Program-made: the position numbers and the translations under genes | Notes under the pieces: generated by a model | Database searches by the model: none | The model's input: the letters and a program-made list of their open reading frames with translations, nothing else | Told to the model about the DNA's origin: nothing | From: a virus | Taxonomy: Duplodnaviria; Caudoviricetes | Virus record (IMG/VR): IMGVR_UViG_3300044840_000005 | Coordinates: 1-26,111 of that record | Length of the DNA: 26,111 nt | Reading direction: 5' to 3' (one strand) | Shown: piece after piece, positions 8,057 through 16,214 of the stretch | Layout of the letters: each line of letters opens with the position of its first letter | Numbering within the stretch: the stretch's first letter is position 1

Positions 8057-8754
8057 AGCTCTGGGCGCTCTGCTCATGGTTCGATGAACGGCCCGAGCAC
8101 CTGACGGAGATGGTGCAGTCCCTCGCCGGGTTGTGCGACGGACTGATCGCGGTGGACGGACCGTACCCGCTGTATCCGCACGACCAGGCCGTGAGCCCGA
8201 CCGAGCAGCACGCCGCGCTTGCGGTCGCTTGCGCCGATGCGGGCATGGAATGCCACATCTACACGCCGGGCCCGCTGACGGAGGTCGACAAGCGCGCGTT
8301 CATGTTCCGCGCCGCGTTGTCCCTAGCCACGCCGTACGAGGACTGGTTCCTCATCATCGACGGCGACACAGTGGTCGGCCAATGCGCGGAGGAACTGCGC
8401 GAAGCACTGGAGCGCACCGCTGTCTCTGTCGGCGAAGTCACGATGCGGACGCTCGCCCCGCCACCGGGGCACGACACCGCAGACCAGTTCTTTCGGTCGT
8501 TGTTCCGTGCGCTGCCGGGCCTGACGGTCGAAGCGACGCACTACCTGTTTGTTGTGCCTACCGAGCGGGGGCGCCGTTATCTCTGGCACACGCCCGATGG
8601 CCACATCTCTGACGAGCCCGCGCTCGGTTTGGGTGAGCATCTTCGGCTGGATCACCGTCGCTGGGACCGTGACCCGGAGCGCAACGACGCGGCTAAGGCG
8701 TACTACGCGCAGCGCGAGAGTCTGCGTGTTGAGGTTCCGCCGGCCGAATGGTGA
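8053..8754 (+). CDS. GT-A fold glycosyltransferase-like protein (GT2-like)
   Basis: N-terminal WFDE..HL...SL....D.LIAVDG, KRAFMF, DxD motif in DWFLIIDGD, late LDH; GTGA overlap with the acyltransferase. Confidence 0.7.
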   Translation: MKLWALCSWFDERPEHLTEMVQSLAGLCDGLIAVDGPYPLYPHDQAVSPTEQHAALAVACADAGMECHIYTPGPLTEVDKRAFMFRAALSLATPYEDWFLIIDGDTVVGQCAEELREALERTAVSVGEVTMRTLAPPPGHDTADQFFRSLFRALPGLTVEATHYLFVVPTERGRRYLWHTPDGHISDEPALGLGEHLRLDHRRWDRDPERNDAAKAYYAQRESLRVEVPPAEW

Positions 8755-8859
8755 CCCGCCCGTTCTGACGGTTCGCCGCTACTTCTTTTACTGGGCGCGC
8801 AACGCGCTCGTCTCAGGGTTCATTGCCCTCATGTCGGGGCCTCACCACAAGGAGCACTA

Positions 8860-9036
8860 GTGCAGCTCGTCTACTCGGGCGCGCACGCTGAGGTCGAGGT
8901 CCCCGACGCGGGGATCGTCGCCCGGGCGGGCGTCCCCGTTGAAGTGCCGGACGCCGTTGGGCGCCGGCTCCTGGAGCAGGACACATGGGCCGAACTGGCC
9001 CCCAAGAGCGGGAAGCCGCCTAAGGAGAACGCTTGA
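8860..9036 (+). CDS. Small hypothetical protein before the tail tube (58 aa)
   Basis: AAGGAG SD, GTG 8860: MQLVYSGAHAEVEVPDAGIVARAGVPVEVPDAVGRRLLEQDTW...; TTGA overlap with the tail tube; not in the ORF track. Confidence 0.8.
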   Translation: MQLVYSGAHAEVEVPDAGIVARAGVPVEVPDAVGRRLLEQDTWAELAPKSGKPPKENA

Positions 9037-10028
9037 GCATCGTCGGCGGGCTTAGCGCCCAGTTCGGAATGGTGGACGAGACTACGTTCGGAACGTACGT
9101 CGCCCCCACCCGGTTCCTGGAATTCACGCAGGAAAGCCTCAAGCTCAGCCTTGAGCGCATCGAATCGGCGGGACTCCGTCCCTCCCGCCGCGTCCTCACG
9201 ACCGACGACTGGGTTGTTGGTCGCAGAGGCGCCGGTGGCGACGTCGAGTTCGAGGTTGCTAACAAGGGCTTCGGGCTGATGCTGAAGCATATGCTCGGCG
9301 CGGTCACTTCTGCGCAGCCGAACGCCGGGTCGAACCCGACGGTGTGGGAGCACACGGGGAAGGTCGGCGCACTGGACGCCAAGTCGTTCACTGCGCAGTT
9401 CGGGCGCGCCGGCAACGACGGCACGGTCCGCGCGTTCTCCTACCTCGGCTGCAAGGTCGCGTCGTGGGAGCTCTCGTGCGACGTCAACGGCATTCTGATG
9501 CTGAAGGCGACGCTGGACGCTGCGGACGAGACGACCGCGCAGGCGCTCGCTACGGCCTCCTACGCGGCCACGAGTGTTCCCCTCGTGTACACGGGCGGGA
9601 CGATCTCGGTGGGTGGCTCGCAGTTCGACGTGACGAAGTGCAGTGTCACGGGCGACAACGGGTTGAAGGCCGACCGGTACATGCTGCGCGGCGCGACGAG
9701 CAACGTGAAGAAGGAGCAGCTTGAGGGCTCCGGGCTTCGCCAGTACGGCGGCACGCTATCGGCCGAGTTCTCGGACCTGACGGCGTACAACAAGTTCATC
9801 AACGGCACGGTCGGCGCGTTCACCGCGTTCTTCTCCGGCGCGAACATCTCGGGTGCGTACAACTACGCGCTTGAAGTGACGATGCCGGCGGTCCGGTTTG
9901 ACGGTGACACTCCGGTTGTGGGTGGCCCGGACATCATCGAGCACGACCTGCCGTTCAAGGCGTTGGATGACGGGTCGGGCACGACTCCGTGTCAGATGGT
10001 GTACCGGACGACTGACACAACGCCCTAG
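9033..10028 (+). CDS. Major tail (tube) protein
   Basis: AQFG..DETTFGT.VAPTRFLEF..ESL, YLGCKV.SWELS, VRFDGDTPVVGGPDII; TAAGGAG SD; upstream of chaperones and tape measure. Confidence 0.85.
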   Translation: MSIVGGLSAQFGMVDETTFGTYVAPTRFLEFTQESLKLSLERIESAGLRPSRRVLTTDDWVVGRRGAGGDVEFEVANKGFGLMLKHMLGAVTSAQPNAGSNPTVWEHTGKVGALDAKSFTAQFGRAGNDGTVRAFSYLGCKVASWELSCDVNGILMLKATLDAADETTAQALATASYAATSVPLVYTGGTISVGGSQFDVTKCSVTGDNGLKADRYMLRGATSNVKKEQLEGSGLRQYGGTLSAEFSDLTAYNKFINGTVGAFTAFFSGANISGAYNYALEVTMPAVRFDGDTPVVGGPDIIEHDLPFKALDDGSGTTPCQMVYRTTDTTP

Positions 10029-10201
10029 CGGGCGATCTTCGAGGCCGCCATTTGGGCGTGCATGTCGGCCTCGGCGAATAGGCGACGGCGCTTGCGAAAC
10101 GCGAGGATCCCGGACCACCGGGCTCGACGTCGCAGGCGCCGCGCGCGGTCTAGGTGTTGCTCGGCCGTGAGGGCTTCGAGCTTGCGTGCGTGACGACTCA
10201 T
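10025..10201 (-). CDS. Antisense, leaderless, Arg-rich 58-aa moron
   Basis: MSRHARKLEALTAEQHLDRARRLRRRARW...; own promoter directly upstream; fills the gap exactly and shares CTAG (10025-10028) with the tail tube stop. Confidence 0.7.
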   Translation of the reverse strand: MSRHARKLEALTAEQHLDRARRLRRRARWSGILAFRKRRRLFAEADMHAQMAASKIAR

Positions 10202-10207
10202 GCGCGC

Positions 10208-10236
10208 ACGGTACGCCCGCCTTGCTGTTTTGTCAA
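10208..10236 (-). promoter_or_regulatory. Sigma70/SigA-type leaderless promoter
   Basis: TTGACA-N17-TACCGT-N6-ATG on the minus strand. Confidence 0.75.
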
Positions 10237-10246
10237 TGGGGGTGCA

Positions 10247-10702
10247 GTGGCCCGTCCAGTGAACCGCGAGGCGGGCGTGTATGTGGAGGGACTTGCCGCT
10301 ATGCAGCGGGTCCTTGGTAAGGCGGAAGGCGACCTCGGGAAAGAACTTAGGCAGCGCCTCAAGGGCGCTGTGTCGTTTGTTCGTACGGACGCACAGAAGT
10401 TCGCACCCGTTGGACGCGAGTCGTTTAGGTATGGGCCACGAGGCGCAGAGCGCACGAGTGGTCCGCACTTGCGCGACACGATCAAGGTGAGTGTGGCCCG
10501 ATCGTCGGCGTCCGTCTACTCCACGTCGGTTTACGGCGGGGTGCAGAACTTCGGTGGCCGCGTTGGTCGTAATCACGCAACGCTGATCAAGCGAGCGAGT
10601 GTTAGTCAGTACATGACCCGCGCAGCGCAGACGAACAAAGAACGGGTTGCCCGCGAGGTTGAAGGCGTCCTTGACTGGTTGGCCGAGGAATTGGAGAAGT
10701 GA
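10247..10702 (+). CDS. HK97 gp10-like virion morphogenesis protein
   Basis: VEGL...L, AQKFAPV, SGPHLRDTI, YGGVQNFG, YMTRAA pattern; GTG 10247 after GGGGGT. Confidence 0.65.
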   Translation: MARPVNREAGVYVEGLAAMQRVLGKAEGDLGKELRQRLKGAVSFVRTDAQKFAPVGRESFRYGPRGAERTSGPHLRDTIKVSVARSSASVYSTSVYGGVQNFGGRVGRNHATLIKRASVSQYMTRAAQTNKERVAREVEGVLDWLAEELEK

Positions 10703-10705
10703 CGA

Positions 10706-11047
10706 ATGTCTGATGTGTACTTCAAGGTCAAGCTCGACGGGCAGACGTACGAGCTGGACCGGCTGACGCTGGGCGAGGCCCGCATCCTCAAGCACGAGTT
10801 CGACATGCAGAGTCTCGAACTCCTGGACCCGAGCGACCCTGACCACCTGATCGGGCTGCTCTATCTTGCGATGCGTCGCAAGCGCCCGCACGACCCACGC
10901 GAAACGCTCATGGCGCAGATCGAAGGCGTGTCGTTTGAGGACATGGCTGAGGTCGAGTCGGATGGCGACCCTACGGAGGCCGACGAGGCAAAGGCGAGCG
11001 GTGGCTCCTCGGGCAAGACCCGGAAGAACTCTGGCAGCCGTGGCTAG
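10706..11047 (+). CDS. Tail assembly chaperone (lambda gpG-like)
   Basis: Position before the tape measure; LTLGEA; acidic region ending in DPT. Confidence 0.75.
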   Translation: MSDVYFKVKLDGQTYELDRLTLGEARILKHEFDMQSLELLDPSDPDHLIGLLYLAMRRKRPHDPRETLMAQIEGVSFEDMAEVESDGDPTEADEAKASGGSSGKTRKNSGSRG

Positions 11048-11148
11048 CTGAGCATTACCACATCCACCCCTGGGAGATGTGGCGTCTGAAAGTGTGGCAG
11101 TACCTTGAACTCGCCGAGGCCATGAAGGCTAAGGCGAAAGCGAAATAG
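10951..11148 (+). CDS. -1 frame extension of the chaperone (gpT-like), probably reached by programmed frameshift
   Basis: Open -1 frame encoding ...RWLLGQDPEELWQPWLAEHYHIHPWEMWRLKVWQYLELAEAMKAK...*, with no evident start or SD of its own. Confidence 0.65.
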   Translation, partial: GRVGWRPYGGRRGKGERWLLGQDPEELWQPWLAEHYHIHPWEMWRLKVWQYLELAEAMKAKAKAK

Positions 11149-11159
11149 GCAGGTGAGTC

Positions 11160-14100
11160 GTGGCCCGCAAGGCTGAGTTTATCTTTGTGGGCGACGCGCA
11201 GTCGGTCATCCGCGCCGCTAAGCAGACGTCCGCGGCGACAGAGAAGGCCGGCAAGAGCGTTGACAGCGTTCACGTCCGGATGCGCAGGAGCTTCGCCGGC
11301 CTCACGGCCAGCGCGGCGAAGATGAGCAGCGGGATCATCGCTGCGTACGCCTCTATCGAGGGCGCAAAGAAGGCCGTCTCCACGACGGAAGACCTCGCGA
11401 AGTCGACGCTCACCCTGCACAAGTCGTTCGGGCTGTCGATCAAGTCGGCGTCCGAGTGGGCATCGGTGGCAAAGGCCCGCGGCGCCGATGGCAAGAGCCT
11501 TGTCATGGGTTTCAAGGCGCTTGCGACGCAGACGCGCAACGCCCGTCAGGGCGTGGATGCGCAGTCGCAGGCCGTGGACAACTTGCGCAAAAAGCAGGAC
11601 CTCGCGCTCCAGCAGGCGCTGGCAACGGGCAAGTCGACCGCGGATGTCACGAAGCTAAAGCAGCAGCAGTCGCTCGCGCTGGACACCTTGACCTCGAAGG
11701 TCACGGGGAACGCCAAGACGTTTGCGCAACTAGGGATCTCACAGGTCCAGCTTCGCAAGCACGGCGACGACCTCAACTGGGTTCTGCATGCCGTCTCCGA
11801 CGGACTGGGCAAGCTCCCAGCCGGCACGGACAAGGCTGCCATTCAGGCCAAGTTGTTTGGTCGCACATGGACGGCTGTGTCGCCTTTGATCCGTTCGGGA
11901 TCGAAGGCAATGGACGAACAGTTGGCGGTCGCTGAGAAGTACGGAGCGACGCTGAATGGGCACTCCATCAAGAGCATTGAAGGGCTTGTAAAGGCTCAGC
12001 GCGAGGCCAGGTTGGCGTCGATGGGCTTGCAGGTGACGGTTGGTACGTCGCTGATTCCGACGATCACGAAGGGTATCTCGGCGTTTGCTGCGTTCGTCAA
12101 TCAGATCCGCAACGGTGGAGGCGGGTTTGCGAAGTTCCGTGCCGACGTCAAGGCCGCGGCCACCGAGGTCAAGACGGACATCACCGCTCTCGTTGCAGTG
12201 ATCGGGCCAGTCGTCACAAAGCTCATCGCCGGCTTTAAGAGCCTGCCAGGCCCCGTGAAGATTGCCGTCGGCGTCATCGCCGGCCTCGGCCTTGTCTTGG
12301 CTGCGACCAGCCCGCTTGGCGTCGCCCTAGTCGCGTTCGCCGCGATTGCCGTTCTCATCAAGCGTAACTGGGGCACGATCGGCCCCGTCATCCAGTCGGT
12401 GCGGAACGCCGTGTCGGGCTGGGTGAATCGCGCAAAGCCGGATCTCGAAGTCCTCCGGAAGGCGTTCAACGACGTGGCCACCGTCGTCAAGACGGTGCTC
12501 GCCGTGGCGTTCAACTTCGCGCTCGCGGTAGCGAAGCGCGCGTGGCCCGGTATCAAGGCTGCGGTGCAGGGTGCGCTCCAGGTCATCAAGGGCGTCGTCA
12601 ACGTGTTCCTCGGCATCCTGCACGGCGACTGGGCACGCGTGTGGGGCGGCCTGAAGGGCATCGTCTCCGGGGTTCTGAAGGGCGCGTGGGGCGCTATCCG
12701 CGCTGCGACCGCGCCGGGTCGCGAGGCGATCGCGTACGTCGTCAATCAAGCGCTCAAGCGCGCCTCTGATTTCGCCGGGAAGTTCCTGAGCATCGGTGGG
12801 GACCTGATCTCCGGGCTCATCAACGGCATCAAGGACAAGGCCGGCGACCTCATCAACGCCATCAAGAATTTCGTCACGGACAAGATCCCGAAGTTCGTAA
12901 AGAAGGCGCTCGGGATCGCGTCTCCTTCGACGGTGTTCTACGACATCGGGCAGTGGGTTGCGAAGGGCCTCGCGGACGGTATCGCGGACGGCAAGGACAC
13001 GCTTACGGCCGCGATCAAGGCCGGGATGCTGTTCCCGCTTGATGCCGCGATAGCGAACCTCAACGCGCAGAAGGACAAGCTCCAGCAGGCGTTTGATCTT
13101 GCCGACTCCACGCGGCAGCGCGCAGATCTCGTGACCGCGATTGCTACTGCGAAGCGCGGCAAGCTGAAGAGCGTGGGGAAGGGCTCGGCAAGTCTGGCGG
13201 GGCTGAGTGCCAGCGGTGGCGGCTCTGTCGCGCGGTCGGCCTTGGCGGTTGCTCAGCGCATGGGCGCGTCGCCTAAGCAGAGGCTTGCACTGATCGAAGC
13301 TGGCATCGTGGAGTCGGGGCTAAAGAACCTCTCGTACGGTGATCGCGACTCTGTCGGCTTCCTGCAACAGCGCCCTTCGCAGGGGTGGCACGGGTTGCGC
13401 AACGTCCCCGCTGCGGCTAGGGAGTTCCTACAGCACGCGATGGGTGTCAACTCCCGGAGCCTGACGGCTGGTCAACTGGCGCAGCGCGTGCAGGCGTCGG
13501 CGTTCCCGGCTCGTTACGACGCCGTGAAGTCTCAGGCGCTTAGCGTCATCGCGGGGCTCGGTGGCGGCGGTAGTGGTGGTGGTTCGTCCAAGGGCGGTAA
13601 GAAGCGCTTGGTTGTGGACCCGGGTGCGGTCCGTGATGCGATCAAGGCGCTCCACGACTTTGATCGTGAGCGCGCTCGTACTAATCAGATGGCGAAGCTC
13701 GACCTGAAGATCAAGGGCATCGAGGCGCTGAAGCAGTTCAAGGACGCTATCGCTGGCGTGCGCTCCCAGCTCCACGACCTCGCTAGTCAGGCCGCGAGCG
13801 TGTGGCGTACCCAGCAGGAAGCAGCGATCCAGGGCGGTGACCTCGCCCAGCAGTTGGCCGGGCTCAAGGCCACCGATGCAGCGCAGCAGGACGCGCAGCA
13901 GACCGCCCAGTTGCAGCAGGCGCTCTCGGACGCGATTGCTGCTGGGGACGTGAAGGCGCAGAAGGACGCTCAGGACGCGATCGACGCCTACGCAAGGTCG
14001 AAGCAGGAGGACGCGATCCAGGCGCAGATCGACGCGCAGATCGCCGGCCTCGACACGCAGGAGCAGAACTACCAAGCGACGCTGGACAACCAGCTTGCCG

Positions 14101-14534
14101 CGCTGGCGGACAACCTCCAGAACGGCACGATCATGTACAAGCAGTTCGCGCAGGACGTGAACGACATCCTGTCTGCTGTTGGCCTGAGCTATCAGGGCAG
14201 TCCGGACGAGGAAGCGTCGATCGCGAACATCCCGGCCGGCTCGGGCGGTAAGGCCGGCCCGTTGCGCATGGTCAACCAGTTTCAGCGGAACGCCCGGCCG
14301 AGGAAGAAGCGCGCGGCGGGTGGGTCGGTTCACCCGGGGATCTACCGCGTCGGCGAGCTCGGGCCGGAGGACCTGACGATCACTGGCTCGCGCTCCGGCA
14401 TGGTTACGCAGGCGTCGCAGTCTAACCAGGGGGGCGGTGGCAACGTGATAATGACCGGGCCCGTGTCCATGGGCTCCCGCCGCCACGCCGAAGCGCTAGC
14501 GAACCGACTCGCGTTCCGACTGCGGTTCGGCTAA
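11160..14534 (+). CDS. Tape measure protein with embedded putative peptidoglycan hydrolase domain
   Basis: 1124 aa, Ala/Gly-rich helical, LFGR motif, periodic W/F repeats, LGIASPSTVF; internal VESGLKNL.YGDRDSVGFLQQRPSQGW; C-terminal RAAGG..VGELGPE. Confidence 0.93.
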   Translation: MARKAEFIFVGDAQSVIRAAKQTSAATEKAGKSVDSVHVRMRRSFAGLTASAAKMSSGIIAAYASIEGAKKAVSTTEDLAKSTLTLHKSFGLSIKSASEWASVAKARGADGKSLVMGFKALATQTRNARQGVDAQSQAVDNLRKKQDLALQQALATGKSTADVTKLKQQQSLALDTLTSKVTGNAKTFAQLGISQVQLRKHGDDLNWVLHAVSDGLGKLPAGTDKAAIQAKLFGRTWTAVSPLIRSGSKAMDEQLAVAEKYGATLNGHSIKSIEGLVKAQREARLASMGLQVTVGTSLIPTITKGISAFAAFVNQIRNGGGGFAKFRADVKAAATEVKTDITALVAVIGPVVTKLIAGFKSLPGPVKIAVGVIAGLGLVLAATSPLGVALVAFAAIAVLIKRNWGTIGPVIQSVRNAVSGWVNRAKPDLEVLRKAFNDVATVVKTVLAVAFNFALAVAKRAWPGIKAAVQGALQVIKGVVNVFLGILHGDWARVWGGLKGIVSGVLKGAWGAIRAATAPGREAIAYVVNQALKRASDFAGKFLSIGGDLISGLINGIKDKAGDLINAIKNFVTDKIPKFVKKALGIASPSTVFYDIGQWVAKGLADGIADGKDTLTAAIKAGMLFPLDAAIANLNAQKDKLQQAFDLADSTRQRADLVTAIATAKRGKLKSVGKGSASLAGLSASGGGSVARSALAVAQRMGASPKQRLALIEAGIVESGLKNLSYGDRDSVGFLQQRPSQGWHGLRNVPAAAREFLQHAMGVNSRSLTAGQLAQRVQASAFPARYDAVKSQALSVIAGLGGGGSGGGSSKGGKKRLVVDPGAVRDAIKALHDFDRERARTNQMAKLDLKIKGIEALKQFKDAIAGVRSQLHDLASQAASVWRTQQEAAIQGGDLAQQLAGLKATDAAQQDAQQTAQLQQALSDAIAAGDVKAQKDAQDAIDAYARSKQEDAIQAQIDAQIAGLDTQEQNYQATLDNQLAALADNLQNGTIMYKQFAQDVNDILSAVGLSYQGSPDEEASIANIPAGSGGKAGPLRMVNQFQRNARPRKKRAAGGSVHPGIYRVGELGPEDLTITGSRSGMVTQASQSNQGGGGNVIMTGPVSMGSRRHAEALANRLAFRLRFG

Positions 14535-15410
14535 GTGCTAGCCACCCTCACGCTGGACGACAACACCGCCAGCGCCGTAGCCCTCCTCTCCACCGCCTCG
14601 CCGTACAAGCGCAACATCATGACCGCGTCCGGACTGTACGGGCTCGGCACGCTCCGCGACTCCAAGCGGGTGCGTCCGCAAGCGCACGGCGGGATCAGCG
14701 AGACGCGCTACCAGGACGGGCAGACGATCAGCCTTGACGGGGAAATCTCGTCGGCGGTGAGCATGGCCGACGCGTACAACGAGTGGCGTACCGTGATGTC
14801 CCCGATGCTACAAACACTGGACTCCGGCGCAGCACTGTTGAAGTGGTCTGAGGTCGGCGGCCTGGCGTTGCAGCGCTTGGTGAAGCTGGATAGTTTCAGT
14901 GACCCGGTATTGCAAGAGGCCGCGGCGGTATTGCATTACCAGGTGCAGTTTTTCGCTGAGGACCCTAGGGCGTATTCGCAGACGTTGACGACGGTTACCG
15001 GCACGGCGCTGTCGGCCGCGGCCGGCGGCATGGTGATGCCGTTCACGTTCCCGTTCAAGTTCAGTGTGTCCGGTGGTGGCACGGCGAGCTTCACGAACAC
15101 GGGCAACCGCCCCACCCCCCCGATCTTCCGGGCGTACGGTCGCGCGGTCAACGCGAACATCGTGAACCTCTCGACCGGGAAGCGCATCGCGTTGATCGGC
15201 ACGGTGAACAGTGGTGATTACCTGGAGTTGGATGCGTCGAAGCGGACGATCAAGTTGAACGGGTTGACGTTGCAAATGAACTTCTTTGATGCGGCGAACT
15301 CGTCGTGGGAAGAGGTTCCGCCTGGCGCGACGTACAACTATCAGTTGGTCGCGTCGGACTTTGATGGTTCTGCTCGCTTGGATGTGCTCGGGCGAGCAGC
15401 GTACGCGTAG
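14535..15410 (+). CDS. Distal tail (Dit-like) protein
   Basis: Directly after the tape measure; FFAEDPRAYS, PFTFPF.F, NTGNRPTPP, YLELD..KRT pattern. Confidence 0.75.
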   Translation: MLATLTLDDNTASAVALLSTASPYKRNIMTASGLYGLGTLRDSKRVRPQAHGGISETRYQDGQTISLDGEISSAVSMADAYNEWRTVMSPMLQTLDSGAALLKWSEVGGLALQRLVKLDSFSDPVLQEAAAVLHYQVQFFAEDPRAYSQTLTTVTGTALSAAAGGMVMPFTFPFKFSVSGGGTASFTNTGNRPTPPIFRAYGRAVNANIVNLSTGKRIALIGTVNSGDYLELDASKRTIKLNGLTLQMNFFDAANSSWEEVPPGATYNYQLVASDFDGSARLDVLGRAAYA

Positions 15411-15446
15411 TACGAGCACTGGAGACGGAGGCGCTGTTGGTGTGCG

Positions 15447-15671
15447 TCGGTGATCCGTCCTGCCGGACGGTGGTGGTAGCCCGGCACCGATCTTCCCCGC
15501 CCATTGCGACCCGGCACGCCCGTGAGCCCGAAGGGGCCGGGTCGTCGGAGCCATGCCCGCTGCCGTGACCGGGGGGTCACAGCATGACATGGGCGCTAAC
15601 GCTGCCCGCGCCGGCCCCAACCAGCACGAGCGGCGGACAGTGGGCGGGAAAGCCCTATAGCCGCCTATAGC
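15447..15671 (+). ncRNA. Candidate multi-stem structured RNA
   Basis: 279-nt intergenic gap filled with nested inverted repeats (details in findings); no convincing ORF. Confidence 0.5.
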
Positions 15672-15689
15672 TGATTAGAAAGGAGCCGC

Positions 15690-15980
15690 ATGGCGCGCAA
15701 GCCCCCGCAGGTCTACAACGTCGTACGAGCACAAGACGGAGCTCTCGTCGTCATAGGCGTTCCGCTCGGCAACGTGAAGGACCCAGCGCCCGGCACCGCT
15801 CTCTACGAGCGGGCGCGTCTCGCGGCCGAGGCGCGAGTGCAAGTCGACCGCACCGTCGAGATCCGGCATCCCGACACGAACGAACTGCTCCAGCCGTCGG
15901 TGCCGATCTACGCCGGCATGTTCCACGGGCAGATCACCGAGTACGAGGTGCGTGACGTGACGGGTGCGCCTGTCGCTTGA
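15690..15980 (+). CDS. Hypothetical protein (96 aa)
   Basis: Strong AGAAAGGAG SD and ATG; normal composition; no recognised family. Confidence 0.8.
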   Translation: MARKPPQVYNVVRAQDGALVVIGVPLGNVKDPAPGTALYERARLAAEARVQVDRTVEIRHPDTNELLQPSVPIYAGMFHGQITEYEVRDVTGAPVA

Positions 15981-16180
15981 GCACCCCGATTCACGTGTTC
16001 AGCATCGCCGGCCCGCAAGGCACGCGCAGGGTAGCGATCCCCGGTGCCTACTGCGCGTCGCGTTATCCGCGTCTTCGTACGGGCGAGCGGGTGGTCGATC
16101 GGACGTGGCGGTCGGATTGGCAGTACCTGGATCACCCGAATAATTCGCAGCCAGATTATCAGCAGGGCTTGTATCACTGA
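15977..16180 (+). CDS. Hypothetical protein (67 aa)
   Basis: TTGA overlap with the previous gene; fills the gap. Confidence 0.6.
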   Translation: MSTPIHVFSIAGPQGTRRVAIPGAYCASRYPRLRTGERVVDRTWRSDWQYLDHPNNSQPDYQQGLYH

Positions 16181-16214
16181 CTAGTGCCATGGGCTTTGCC
16201 CTGGGGAGGTAGGT

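Noticed and set aside
8755-8860. Possible short ORF (LTVRRYFFYW...KEH) or small hairpins before the 8860 gene
   Set aside because: No SD or convincing start, and the hairpins are short; cannot be supported.
15420-15568. Open frame across the structured region (LETEALLVCVG...)
   Set aside because: Non-protein-like composition; the nested stems explain the region better.
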